Assembly: GCA_964579635.1 (NCBI GenBank)
Contig: CAZOFV010000001.1
Coordinates: 5,622 to 69,621 of the forward strand
DNA from: an uncultured Candidatus Saccharibacteria bacterium
Lineage (GTDB): Bacteria > Patescibacteriota > Minisyncoccia > Phycocordibacterales > VMEP01
DNA length: 64,000 nucleotides
Direction of reading: 5' to 3'
Shown here one piece after another: positions 30,104 through 39,967 of the stretch; the first letter of the stretch is position 1; each line of letters opens with the position of its first letter. Both the position numbers and the translations under genes were made by a program. The notes under the pieces are model-generated. The model made no database searches, was not told the origin of the DNA, and saw only the letters and a list, made by a program, of their open reading frames with translations.

Positions 30104-30838
30104 TTAAATAGGTTCTCTGTATGGGTCTAATTCATGAACACTGTCTTTTTTTGGTAAAGAAAAGTCGTTTGTTAGTTTTTCTTTAACTATATTTATAGAA
30201 GGAGTTGTTTTGACTTCTTCTTTGGTCTCAATATTTTTACTTTCAATAGTTAATGGGGTGTTTGGTTTACTGATTTCTAGCAACTCTGCTTTAGGTGGTA
30301 AGGCCCTTTCTGTGGCTTTTGTTGGATTTTCGATATCATTTAGAACGGACTCTCTGTTTAGGTTTTCGTTCACTACAGCCGTGGTTTCATTGTCGACAAT
30401 TTCAATACCACTTTCTTTTAGAATTGTTTTATCAATAGGCTCCAGAGTTATTTGTACACCGCTTTCTTGTTGTAGGGAGCCCTCAGGAAGGTCGCTATGT
30501 TTTATTTCAACCAATTCTTCTGTATTGTGAATTTTCTTTAACGATTCGCGAATTGACTCAAAAATTTGTTCGTTTATATCATGAACAATTAACTCTGCTA
30601 CATCTTTTGTTATGTTAAGTTTTGATTGGATAATTTGAGAAAAATCATTAGGTTTTGTAAGGCCAAACATAACTAAGTTTGTTTCATCTACTAAAATTGA
30701 AAGTTTGTCTATGTGAAGAGAATATTTTGCTCCAATATTTCTTATTTTTGATCCTGTGTTAAACCCAAAAAGAACGCCCTTAACATCCTCAGGAAGAGAT
30801 TCAAGCATTTGTTCTAGTTGTTGGTTGGTGTAGTCCAT
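30104..30838 (-). CDS. Hypothetical protein ending in DPYREPI
   Basis: Long ORF; helical N-terminal domain, acidic low-complexity tail, C-terminal DPYREP motif I associate with Parcubacteria proteins. Confidence 0.65.
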   Translation of the reverse strand: MDYTNQQLEQMLESLPEDVKGVLFGFNTGSKIRNIGAKYSLHIDKLSILVDETNLVMFGLTKPNDFSQIIQSKLNITKDVAELIVHDINEQIFESIRESLKKIHNTEELVEIKHSDLPEGSLQQESGVQITLEPIDKTILKESGIEIVDNETTAVVNENLNRESVLNDIENPTKATERALPPKAELLEISKPNTPLTIESKNIETKEEVKTTPSINIVKEKLTNDFSLPKKDSVHELDPYREPI

Positions 30839-30862
30839 AGGAAGATTTACTTTGTTTTAATT

Positions 30863-33061
30863 TTACTTCTTGCTTTCCCTGTCTTTTATTAAATCGAGTT
30901 TGTTTACGTAATTCTGGAGTGTTCGTGCGTTTGTTTTTGCCATCTCTTTCTCAAGGATTAATTTTGCACGAGCGTCTTTGTCTGCACCTTTACCAAGATC
31001 TTCAAGTGTCACACTTATAGTAGCGGCTTGTTTTGTAAAATTATCAATAGCATCTTTTACTGAGCCGTGGCTACCCATTAATTCTTTTATTGTTTCTTCT
31101 AATCCTGCAATCTCTCTGTCCGCTTTATATTTCTGGTCTATTTCTTTTTCTGCTTTTTTAGTTCCACCAGCACTTCCTATCTTAAGACCTTGTGGCGCGA
31201 TTTCACCACCCCAGCCTTTATTTTTTAATTGACTAAAATATTCTTTTTGTCTTTCTTGAGTTGTGGTTCTTTGTTTGTCCGCCTCAGCTGTCTTAAGTTT
31301 TTCCGTTCTTAGTTTATTAATTTCCTCAGAACTTTTTCCTGCTTTTTCCGCAGCCGTTAAATCGATACTATTTACTTCCTGTGTGCTTAATTTTACTTTT
31401 TTCGCTTCAAGAAGTTTTGCCATCTCAACTCTGTCTTTTCCTAGCGTTTCCTCTCCTCGTTTAAGATCTCCTCTGAATCCATCCTTTAGGTTTTCTGGTT
31501 TTTTACCTAGGTCTAATTTGATACCAGCGGCTCCGGCTAGTTTTGATGCCATACCACCAACAAGCGGTGTTTCACCTGCTGCGCGAACGTCAAAACTTGA
31601 TTTGGCGACTCCTTCGGTTGTTTGTAATGCGAGACGACCAACTTTGCTACTTGATGCCCAGCCTATAAAATTCTCACTACCAGCAAGAGCAGCTGCTCCA
31701 CGCCCAATTATTCTTCTTCCCGCTAAGCCACCAACTCCGCCTACCACTGCCCCTGCTACTGTCATTAACCCACTAGTTATTGTCCCACTAATTCCGTCAC
31801 ATTTTGCCATTCTGTATGAAGCAATAAGAAAGACACACACCAAAAGGTAATTAAAAATAATTCCAGTGCTTTCAGTGATTGAGTTGCCGTAGCTACCCAA
31901 ACCAACAAGTGCGTCATTTATACCTTGACCAGGTTTAGCAACGCTAACAGAAGAAAGGATCTGTAAAGAAACCCAAATAAGCAGAAAATAAATTGGCGCA
32001 GACAGCGAGTTACAAATAAGTTCCTCCCACCATTTATCTGTAAATTTTTTTAGTCTTGGTAAAACAGTCCCCAAAAGCATGATTGGTGAAAAAGGAAGAA
32101 GGAAGATAAGAACAGCAGTTCTTACTATAAAAAGAAACGCCCCTTGTAAAAAAATCAAAAACATAATAAAGACCATTGCTGCAGTGGCCCATATTTGAAC
32201 AGTGAAACTCCAGGCTGTTCCACTCGATGCTTCAGAAGAAAACATTGTTTCCGCGTCAAACTTTTGCATAAATGCCCCGCTAATACCATCTGTTGTGCTG
32301 TCTTTTATTATTGAAGAATAAAACTGAACAGCGACAATGTTTGAGGTGTCTATGATTACTTTGGTGAAAAATAAACTGAAATTAACAAGCAACGCTGCAA
32401 TAATAAGTGTTGGTATGAATTTTTTTGCATCACCCATCTGCAGGATGTTCATTATTGAAACCCAGAGCAACATGAATATGAAAATAATATTTCCTAAGTC
32501 TCTGATGGTGCTCCAAGCTATGTTGATACCATTGTCAGCACTTCCAATAAGCGTCCCCATTTCAAGGATGCTGAATTTTGTTGAAAAATCAAAAACTTGC
32601 CCAGCTAGGCTAACTAGAAAAGCAAGAATGTTTAAAACAGCATAACCAAGACCTCTTGCGCTACAGGCAATTGGATTTTTAAAAAAATTATTAAACCCCG
32701 AACATGAAGCAGTCTCCCCGTTCTTTGCAGTATTTTTAGCTACCACGGTGTCATATAGGTTTGCGTTATATGCATAATTGGCGTCGTTTAGATCTGCAAT
32801 ACAGTTTAGGTACTCATTTGATCCTTTGTCTTTGATTGAACTACACTCAGATTCCGCCATTATAGAAGGTGCTTTTGGAACGACATCTCTTTGGTCGTTT
32901 GAATCTGCAATACAGTTTAAATATTCGTTCGAACCTTTGTTTTGAATTGTTTCACAGTTTTGTTGCGCTTGTGCGTTTGTGAAAAACAAAATAAATAAAA
33001 CAAGCACAAAAAAAAGTATTGCTGAAAAATTTATTAGTTTTTTAAAAGAAAAAGATATCAT
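30863..33061 (-). CDS. VirB6/TrbL-like polytopic membrane protein
   Basis: AWSTIRDLGNIIFIF...LIIAALLVNFSLFFTKVIIDTSN, many TMs, Gly-rich and coiled-coil C-terminus. Confidence 0.75.
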   Translation of the reverse strand: MISFSFKKLINFSAILFFVLVLFILFFTNAQAQQNCETIQNKGSNEYLNCIADSNDQRDVVPKAPSIMAESECSSIKDKGSNEYLNCIADLNDANYAYNANLYDTVVAKNTAKNGETASCSGFNNFFKNPIACSARGLGYAVLNILAFLVSLAGQVFDFSTKFSILEMGTLIGSADNGINIAWSTIRDLGNIIFIFMLLWVSIMNILQMGDAKKFIPTLIIAALLVNFSLFFTKVIIDTSNIVAVQFYSSIIKDSTTDGISGAFMQKFDAETMFSSEASSGTAWSFTVQIWATAAMVFIMFLIFLQGAFLFIVRTAVLIFLLPFSPIMLLGTVLPRLKKFTDKWWEELICNSLSAPIYFLLIWVSLQILSSVSVAKPGQGINDALVGLGSYGNSITESTGIIFNYLLVCVFLIASYRMAKCDGISGTITSGLMTVAGAVVGGVGGLAGRRIIGRGAAALAGSENFIGWASSSKVGRLALQTTEGVAKSSFDVRAAGETPLVGGMASKLAGAAGIKLDLGKKPENLKDGFRGDLKRGEETLGKDRVEMAKLLEAKKVKLSTQEVNSIDLTAAEKAGKSSEEINKLRTEKLKTAEADKQRTTTQERQKEYFSQLKNKGWGGEIAPQGLKIGSAGGTKKAEKEIDQKYKADREIAGLEETIKELMGSHGSVKDAIDNFTKQAATISVTLEDLGKGADKDARAKLILEKEMAKTNARTLQNYVNKLDLIKDRESKK

Positions 33062-33065
33062 GCTT

Positions 33066-35255
33066 TTAGTATGTTGTCGGCATATTTTGTTTCTTCCTTT
33101 CTTCTTCCGCTAAAATCTCTTTATGCTCAGCTTCGCAAGCAACAATCATTGCGCTTGTTGTGTCACGAATTGTTCTTGCTTGAGATAATTGAGAAGAAGC
33201 GTTTGTTACCACAGTAGAACTTGGAATTTTGCCTGAAGTGGAGATATTTATTAATTCTCCTGCGGCAGTTTTATAATCAAGACCTCCTAAAGCAACAGCA
33301 TCTTTAAGTGCATATAATTCAACCATTGTTCTCGCTGCAGAATTTACTTCACCTTCTAGACTTGTTATTGCTTGGTTGTATAAAGCTACTCTGTCGAAAA
33401 GTGACGTTACCCCAGAGTTTGATTGGTTTGCTAGATTACTTGGACAATATGTTACCGGTCCTAGTTTTATCAAAGAATTGGTTAAATCAGCGGCTTCAGA
33501 GGTGACATCACGTAGCTCATCAATAATTGTGATATACCCAATTAATGAATTTGAAGTTTTTTCTATACTGCCAACAACATCGTTTGTAGAGTTATTTTCC
33601 TGGCTTGAAATTTCTTTTGCCGTTGAATTGTTGTCGGTAATTTCCCAGAAAGATGAGTTTGAGTCAGTAAGAAAGTTTTGAAGTGCAAGGTCAGCAGTAG
33701 AAATTGTTTCATTTGAATCTGCTCCAATATTTCCAGCATTTCTTTCTGGGGCTGTTGCTACAGAGCGTAGTTTTTCTTCGATTACTGATGCTGGAGTAAC
33801 AATCTTATATCTTCGGCACGCACCAGAAGATTCATCAATATCCACACATTCTTCTTGTGGTGGAACATCGTTAACTAGTTTTTCTTTTGCCTCCTCTTCT
33901 GCCCTATCTTGACCTTCTTGATAAAGTCTTTCTGTTGCAAGAATGTGTCCGAATTTATTATTCGACTCAATTTGAGTCAAAGCGTTCCAAGCTTTCCATC
34001 CACCAGCAGAGAAATCGCCTTTGCGATATTTTACGGCATTGGTTGAACCAATAATACTTGGAAGACTGTCGTTTAAAACACCTGTGTTGTTTGCGTTTTT
34101 TGTTTGTTCTTCATTTACTATATTTTTTATTGCTTCGTTTTTGTAAGGAGAGTTACTTTTTGATAAATCAGAAATAAAAAGTTTTGTTTGGTTTTCGGTT
34201 TGCTTGCTTATGTAATCAGTCATATTTGTTACATAAAGAGGATTACCGTTATTTCCAGTATTTAACCAATTTCTTATATTGTCTTCCATTTTTGCCCTTG
34301 TTATTAAAGAGCTGGTATAGGAAAGTCTATTTAAACAAGTTTCTTTTGTTTTAAGAATACTAGTGTCTTGTTGAAGGGTTGTTATTTGTTGAACAATTGT
34401 TTGAGGGTCTGTTGGAACTTGTCCACCACCACCTATTAAAGAAAGAATAGAACCAACTCCTGGAATGGCACTACTGCCACCAAACATAGAGCCTAGCTCT
34501 CCTGCTGTGTAGCCAGCAGACATTCCGCCAAGGGTGTTTCCAAGACTGACTAAACTACCAGAACCAATAGTTCCACCTAAATCTATAAGGGCGTTGGAAA
34601 CAGCGCTTGTTGCATCAGAAAGCAGATCACTTGATAAAGCGCTTGTTACTAACTTATCTGCTCCGCCGATAATAGCATTTGTTCCGGACTGAATTGCACC
34701 ACCAATACCACCGTTTGAACCATCTACTCCGTTTACTGTTTTGTTGATTTCTTGATTTATAGCATTTGTTGCCCCTGTTACTGCGGTATTGGCAGCCTTG
34801 TCTACAATAGAACCAACAGCTTTTCCAACACTATTCCCGATTTGACCACCACCTAGAGCATCACTTACAGCACCGGAGGCAGAGGAGCCAAGTCCGCTTA
34901 TACCCACACCGCTAATGAGTTGTTTTCCAAGCGAGGATAGTGTATTTCCTATTGCCCCGCCGAGTGCAGTACACCCAGAATTTCCTAATGTTTCAGCCAT
35001 TGATTCATTAGATGAGTTTAGACTTTTTCTTGTATCGAGAGTTTTTGTTTCCGAATCCCTGTTAGTTATGTCGGAGGGAAGAATACAAGAGCCAGGACTT
35101 GTTGGGTCGTCAACGAAACCGTCCGTACAGCCATCAGCTTCTTGAGCTCTAGCGTTGTTTGTATTTAAAAATGACGGCGAAATAATAATCAGAGAAATAA
35201 AAACCACTGAAATTATTTTTTTTACCATATTCCTTTTAGCAGAAAATAGAACCAT
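33066..35255 (-). CDS. Large secreted Gly/Ser-rich protein of the T4SS-like locus
   Basis: Signal peptide, Gly-rich region, GNPLYVTN, GGWKAW, C..C..IVTPASVI. Confidence 0.65.
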   Translation of the reverse strand: MVLFSAKRNMVKKIISVVFISLIIISPSFLNTNNARAQEADGCTDGFVDDPTSPGSCILPSDITNRDSETKTLDTRKSLNSSNESMAETLGNSGCTALGGAIGNTLSSLGKQLISGVGISGLGSSASGAVSDALGGGQIGNSVGKAVGSIVDKAANTAVTGATNAINQEINKTVNGVDGSNGGIGGAIQSGTNAIIGGADKLVTSALSSDLLSDATSAVSNALIDLGGTIGSGSLVSLGNTLGGMSAGYTAGELGSMFGGSSAIPGVGSILSLIGGGGQVPTDPQTIVQQITTLQQDTSILKTKETCLNRLSYTSSLITRAKMEDNIRNWLNTGNNGNPLYVTNMTDYISKQTENQTKLFISDLSKSNSPYKNEAIKNIVNEEQTKNANNTGVLNDSLPSIIGSTNAVKYRKGDFSAGGWKAWNALTQIESNNKFGHILATERLYQEGQDRAEEEAKEKLVNDVPPQEECVDIDESSGACRRYKIVTPASVIEEKLRSVATAPERNAGNIGADSNETISTADLALQNFLTDSNSSFWEITDNNSTAKEISSQENNSTNDVVGSIEKTSNSLIGYITIIDELRDVTSEAADLTNSLIKLGPVTYCPSNLANQSNSGVTSLFDRVALYNQAITSLEGEVNSAARTMVELYALKDAVALGGLDYKTAAGELINISTSGKIPSSTVVTNASSQLSQARTIRDTTSAMIVACEAEHKEILAEEERKKQNMPTTY

Positions 35256-35260
35256 AGTTT

Positions 35261-36202
35261 TTACGGCTTTGTGCTGTTAAGTATAACACCACTTTTAAAA
35301 TATATCTCTAGTGTTTTGGCTGTTTCTATTATTTTATTGCTATAAAAAAGATATTGATTAATTCCACTCATCGAAAGAAGTGGATCGCTAAAAATTTTTC
35401 CAGCTATCTTCAAAGAATCAGCGGTTCCTCGGTAACTATTTATTAAATCTAGGTGTATTGTTGCGATTTTGTCTGGCACAGGGATTAATGCTGTTTCTTT
35501 GGCTATGTTTGTATAGGCTTCTATATAAGGAGTTAGTTTCATTGGCAATGTTTTATCTTCTGTTTCAAGTGCTTTTGAGATAATCGGAAGTTCTTGTCCG
35601 AGGTTGTATTTATCATATTTTTGAATTACTTCCCCCAATTTTTTACCATACAATAAAATCTCTGCGTCGTTAGCGTTTTTTATAATTGAAATGTCGTTTG
35701 TTGTGTATAAAGAGACAGGAGATTCTGTTTTTATGTTTGAATATATTGTTTCTGCTGCGTTTTTTATTGACTGTGAGCTAACTTCCCCAGAGTTTTTAAG
35801 AGCAGAAACGGCAACAAAGAATTGTTGGCCAAACTGATCCGTTACGCTTTCTGTTGTCTGGTTGTTAATATTTGCGTTGTTTTGCTTACGGACTTCCGCT
35901 GAATCAACTATACCGTTTCCGTTTGAATCAGCATTTTGTGGGTCTGTTCCATAGAGGGCTTCTTCCCAATCTTTTAATCCGTCGTTATCGCTATCCTTGT
36001 TTATTAAATCTGTTATAGAAGAAGAGTCTACTCCGCCATTAATCACTAAAACGCTCTGCTCTTCTTCTTTAGATCCGTTAATTATCGGTGCGTTATTTTG
36101 ATATTTTGAAAAAATTGAAAGAAGAATAATCCCTACACCCAAAATAGAGGCGCTAACTAGTCTTTTGTTTTGTAAGAAACTGCGCACCAATTGAGGATTC
36201 AT
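35261..36202 (-). CDS. Membrane-anchored protein with thrombospondin type-3-like Ca-binding repeat
   Basis: DSDNDGLKDWEEALYGTDPQNADSNGNG. Confidence 0.7.
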   Translation of the reverse strand: MNPQLVRSFLQNKRLVSASILGVGIILLSIFSKYQNNAPIINGSKEEEQSVLVINGGVDSSSITDLINKDSDNDGLKDWEEALYGTDPQNADSNGNGIVDSAEVRKQNNANINNQTTESVTDQFGQQFFVAVSALKNSGEVSSQSIKNAAETIYSNIKTESPVSLYTTNDISIIKNANDAEILLYGKKLGEVIQKYDKYNLGQELPIISKALETEDKTLPMKLTPYIEAYTNIAKETALIPVPDKIATIHLDLINSYRGTADSLKIAGKIFSDPLLSMSGINQYLFYSNKIIETAKTLEIYFKSGVILNSTKP

Positions 36203-36340
36203 ATATTCTTTGATTATAGCAAGGAAATTATAGTTTTTTTATGAATTTATAGATTTGTGTGGATATGTTTTTGTTTTTCTCTAAGTTTTTTGTTTCGAAA
36301 GAAAAAAGACAATGGTCTTTGGTGTTGCTATAATGAATAA

Positions 36341-36679
36341 ATGAAAAAAGCAGTACTTTTTTTGTTTATAACTATATTAGTATTTTCTTCAATTCCTCTT
36401 ACCAAAGCTAATGCAGCTTCTGTTTTTGGTGGAAGAATCATGTCTATTGTTCCGTGCACTTGTTCTCCAGGGATGGCTGTGATTGTTGGGGCGCCTAGGC
36501 CAGCCGTTTTGTTGTTTGTTCCTGGAATTTCACGTTTATTCAGTAGAGGGCGCGTTTCCCCTGGGGTTTGGACGTTAGGAGACTATTCTTCTGGAGGGAC
36601 TTGCATGCAGATTGCTGGAAAGACATGTGCTCCGTACCCGCCTATTCAAGGGACAATTCTTAAGATGGGAACATCTTAG
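36341..36679 (+). CDS. Small secreted Cys-rich protein
   Basis: Signal peptide; FGGRI...CTCS...LGDY...C...C...GTI..MGTS. Confidence 0.7.
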   Translation: MKKAVLFLFITILVFSSIPLTKANAASVFGGRIMSIVPCTCSPGMAVIVGAPRPAVLLFVPGISRLFSRGRVSPGVWTLGDYSSGGTCMQIAGKTCAPYPPIQGTILKMGTS

Positions 36680-36693
36680 TTCACGCCAACGTC

Positions 36694-37476
36694 TTATAAT
36701 TCCTTGGCAATCGATAAAAATAGTTCAGGAGATAAATCCTCTGCTCTTGTATTTTGGTCTAGTTTTAGTTTTGTAAAAACACTTAAAATATCCTCCCTTT
36801 TTGCCGCACTGGTTAGGTTGCTAGAAATTTTTTTACGCTTACTACTAAATCCAGCTTTTAATATTTCAAAAAATCTTTCCTCGTCTTTTTTGCTCTTGAA
36901 AGGTGATTTTATTTTTTCAATTGCAAGAACTGCTGAGTCAACGTTTGGTTTTGGGAAAAAACTTCCAGCGGAAACACGACGAATAATTTTAGGAGATCCA
37001 TATGCTTTTATGGAGATAGATAAGACGCTCTCTTTTTTGTCGCGCGCAATTATTCGTTCAGCAACTTCTTTTTGAACCATAAAGACAATTGTTTTTGGGC
37101 GCGGTCCTTTTTCAAGAAAAATTCGAAATAACATTCCAGTTAAGTTGTACGGGATGTTTGAAATTAGTTTATAGGAACCATTTTTTAATTCGTAGTCAGG
37201 AAAATTAAAATTAAGAATATCTTCTTGTAAGAGAATTAGTTTTTTTGAAGAAATTTCTTTCGCAAATTTTTCTGAAAGAAAAGGAAAAAGGTCGCGATCT
37301 TTTTCGACAGCAATAACTTTATCTGCATGTTTAAGCAGAAACTCGGTTAATATCCCCTTCCCCGGACCAACCTCAAGGACAATGTCTTTTTTGGAAATAT
37401 TTCCAGAAAGAGCGATATCTTCTGCAATTTTTTTGTCCGTTAGGAAATTTTGTCCGAATGATTTTTTTGGTTTCAC
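36694..37476 (-). CDS. rsmA: 16S rRNA m6,2A methyltransferase RsmA/KsgA
   Basis: KKSFGQNFL, EVGPGKG, SNIPY, MVQKEVAER, FFPKPNVDSAV. Confidence 0.96.
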   Translation of the reverse strand: MKPKKSFGQNFLTDKKIAEDIALSGNISKKDIVLEVGPGKGILTEFLLKHADKVIAVEKDRDLFPFLSEKFAKEISSKKLILLQEDILNFNFPDYELKNGSYKLISNIPYNLTGMLFRIFLEKGPRPKTIVFMVQKEVAERIIARDKKESVLSISIKAYGSPKIIRRVSAGSFFPKPNVDSAVLAIEKIKSPFKSKKDEERFFEILKAGFSSKRKKISSNLTSAAKREDILSVFTKLKLDQNTRAEDLSPELFLSIAKEL

Positions 37477-37477
37477 G

Positions 37478-39424
37478 TTAATCTAAGTATATTACTTTTC
37501 CAACCGATTCACTTCTTTCTGTTTGTTCAAGTAGTGTTGGGTCGATATCATAAATAAATTCAGATGGAGTTTCAACTTGGCGAGAACCAAAAATAGTACG
37601 AACAGTAGCAAAAGTTAGAAAAACTTTTTTTCGAGCGCGAGTGATAGCGACATAAAATAAACGACGTTCTTCTTCGGAATCCTCCTCTGTTGTAGTTGGA
37701 AGATTAACTCTCGCGTGTGGAAATAAATTTTGCTCAAGCCCAACAATAAAAACATAATCAAATTCTAGGCCCTTTGATGCGTGGGCGGTCATTAAACGTA
37801 CACCATCTTTGTTTTTCTTTTGATCCATGGAGTCTTGGTCGCTCGCAAGGGCGGCATCTGATAGTAACTTCTCAACCCCTTCGTCTGGTTCAAAAATGTC
37901 GTACTTAGTAGCAAGAGAGGCAAGCTCCATCATGTTTTCAAGGCGTTCTAAATCTTCCTCACCACCTTCATCTTTGAAAAATTTTTCTAACCCAGTTTCT
38001 TTAATTACAAAACGGACTAACTCAGAAGTTTTCATCGTTTCCGATGAATTTTTTATTTTTTCAAGAAGCGCCCAAAAAATTGAGATACGTTCTCTCATTT
38101 TTGGAGGGAGTGAGTCTTCTTTACCAGAAAAAATCTTTGCGATGGTTGCATCACCTACTCCGCGCGGTGGAACATTAATAACACGCTTAATGTCGGAAAG
38201 TCCCGCTGGATTTCTCCCTGCACGAATATAAGCAAGCACATCTTTAACCTCTTTTCTTTCAAAAAATTTCACACCCAAAACTCGATGGGGAACATTAAGA
38301 GAAAGAAAACCTTCTTCAAGAGCACGAGATTGATAATTTGCGCGGTATAAAACGGCGATTTCGTTTGATGGTACCCCACTCTCAATTAGTTCTGCTGATT
38401 TTGAGGCAATAAAACGAGCTTCATCAGCTTCATCGTATGCTTCAAAAACAGAAATTTTTTCACCTTCTGCGTTTTTTGTAAAAAGATTTTTTTCTTTGCG
38501 GATTTTATTTTTTTTAATTATATCGTTTGCTGCTTGAAGAATGTTTTGTGTTGAACGATAGTTTTCTTCAAGAAGAACAACTTTTGCTCCAGGATAATCA
38601 TGTTCAAAATTTAAAATATTTCGTAAGTTTGCACCACGCCAACCATAAATATTTTGATCACTATCACCAACGACACAAATATTTTTTTCTTTTTTAGCAA
38701 GAAGGTGTGATAGTTCGTATTGAGCTGTGTTTGTATCTTGATACTCATCAATATGAATATATTTCCAGGTATCGTTATATTTTTTAAGAACTTCGTTATT
38801 TTCGCGTAAAAGAATTGTGGTTTTAGTAACAAGGTCGTCAAAATCAAAAGCATTTTCTTCTTTTAAAAGAGTTTCGTATTTTTTCCAAACAGAAGAAAGT
38901 ATTTTAGGAAAATAACCTTCCGCCGTTTCGGCGTATTCGTCTGCCGAAACAACGTTTCCTTTGTGTCTTGAAATAGCCCATCGTAGTCGCGCTGGGTCAA
39001 ATTGTTTTGGATCCAAATCTAGACTTTTGATGGCGTTCCTAACAAGAGAGACAGTTTCCTGCTCATCTAATATGGAAAAGCGGGCGGTGCGACCGACGTG
39101 TTGGGCATTTTCCCGTAATATCTTTACTCCTAAGGAATGGAAGGTTGCAACAAGTGGGCCATCTTTTAGGCCGAAATCGGCAACTGAGCGTCTGGTAGAA
39201 AGGAGGGCAGAAACACGTTGCCCCATTTCTGCCGCCGCCTTGTTTGTAAAAGTAATAGCTAAAATCGAGCTAGGTCTAATCCCTTTTTCAACTAAATGAA
39301 GGATTCTGTGGGTTATAGTCTTTGTTTTTCCAGCACCAGCACCGGCGATAATTAAAAGAGGACCCTCTGTTTGGGTGACAGCCTCTTGTTGTTGTTGGTT
39401 CAAGTCGTTTTTTAGAGAAGACAT
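37478..39424 (-). CDS. pcrA: UvrD/PcrA SF1 DNA helicase
   Basis: AGAGAGKT, TFTNKAA, DEYQD, VGDSDQNIYGWRGA, HASKGLEF, EERRLFYVAITRA. Start reassigned to MSSLKNDLN. Confidence 0.95.
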   Translation of the reverse strand: MSSLKNDLNQQQQEAVTQTEGPLLIIAGAGAGKTKTITHRILHLVEKGIRPSSILAITFTNKAAAEMGQRVSALLSTRRSVADFGLKDGPLVATFHSLGVKILRENAQHVGRTARFSILDEQETVSLVRNAIKSLDLDPKQFDPARLRWAISRHKGNVVSADEYAETAEGYFPKILSSVWKKYETLLKEENAFDFDDLVTKTTILLRENNEVLKKYNDTWKYIHIDEYQDTNTAQYELSHLLAKKEKNICVVGDSDQNIYGWRGANLRNILNFEHDYPGAKVVLLEENYRSTQNILQAANDIIKKNKIRKEKNLFTKNAEGEKISVFEAYDEADEARFIASKSAELIESGVPSNEIAVLYRANYQSRALEEGFLSLNVPHRVLGVKFFERKEVKDVLAYIRAGRNPAGLSDIKRVINVPPRGVGDATIAKIFSGKEDSLPPKMRERISIFWALLEKIKNSSETMKTSELVRFVIKETGLEKFFKDEGGEEDLERLENMMELASLATKYDIFEPDEGVEKLLSDAALASDQDSMDQKKNKDGVRLMTAHASKGLEFDYVFIVGLEQNLFPHARVNLPTTTEEDSEEERRLFYVAITRARKKVFLTFATVRTIFGSRQVETPSEFIYDIDPTLLEQTERSESVGKVIYLD

Positions 39425-39967
39425 AAATGGAACTATAGCATTTAGCTTCGCGTTAAAGAAAAAATAAAAGGTATCATACCGCCGGGCAAGCCCTGCACCC
39501 AAAGCGTGTTCGCTTCGCTCACGCTTTGGCGCGACAAGCCGCGCGGTATTTTAATCCCTTATATTGCTCTCCTCGGCTCGGAAATGAGGAAGATTACTTT
39601 CTCATTTCACTCTCTCTACGTCGGCAATAAACATTTTTTTGTTTTTAAGGACAAAATTTTTCTTATCCCCACCCTGGTTGACTTCCTTACCATAGGGGGA
39701 TACCATTTCATATGAGGGCGGGAATACCCCACCCAAATTAGAAAAATGGCTCTGCTAGGCCATTTTTAGCCCTTTTAGGGACTTAAGATAGCAAAATTGC
39801 TTATTTTTCAACGGTTTTGCCCACTCGGGTCGTACAGGAAAAATAGTAATTTTTAAAATAGGCTTATCGAATATAAAGAAAAAGACCCTGGTTGTGCGAA
39901 TCAGGCGAAAAACCCCTTATTTCTAGGGCTTCTATCAAAGAGGCTTGTAACTTTATTTATAGGTGTT

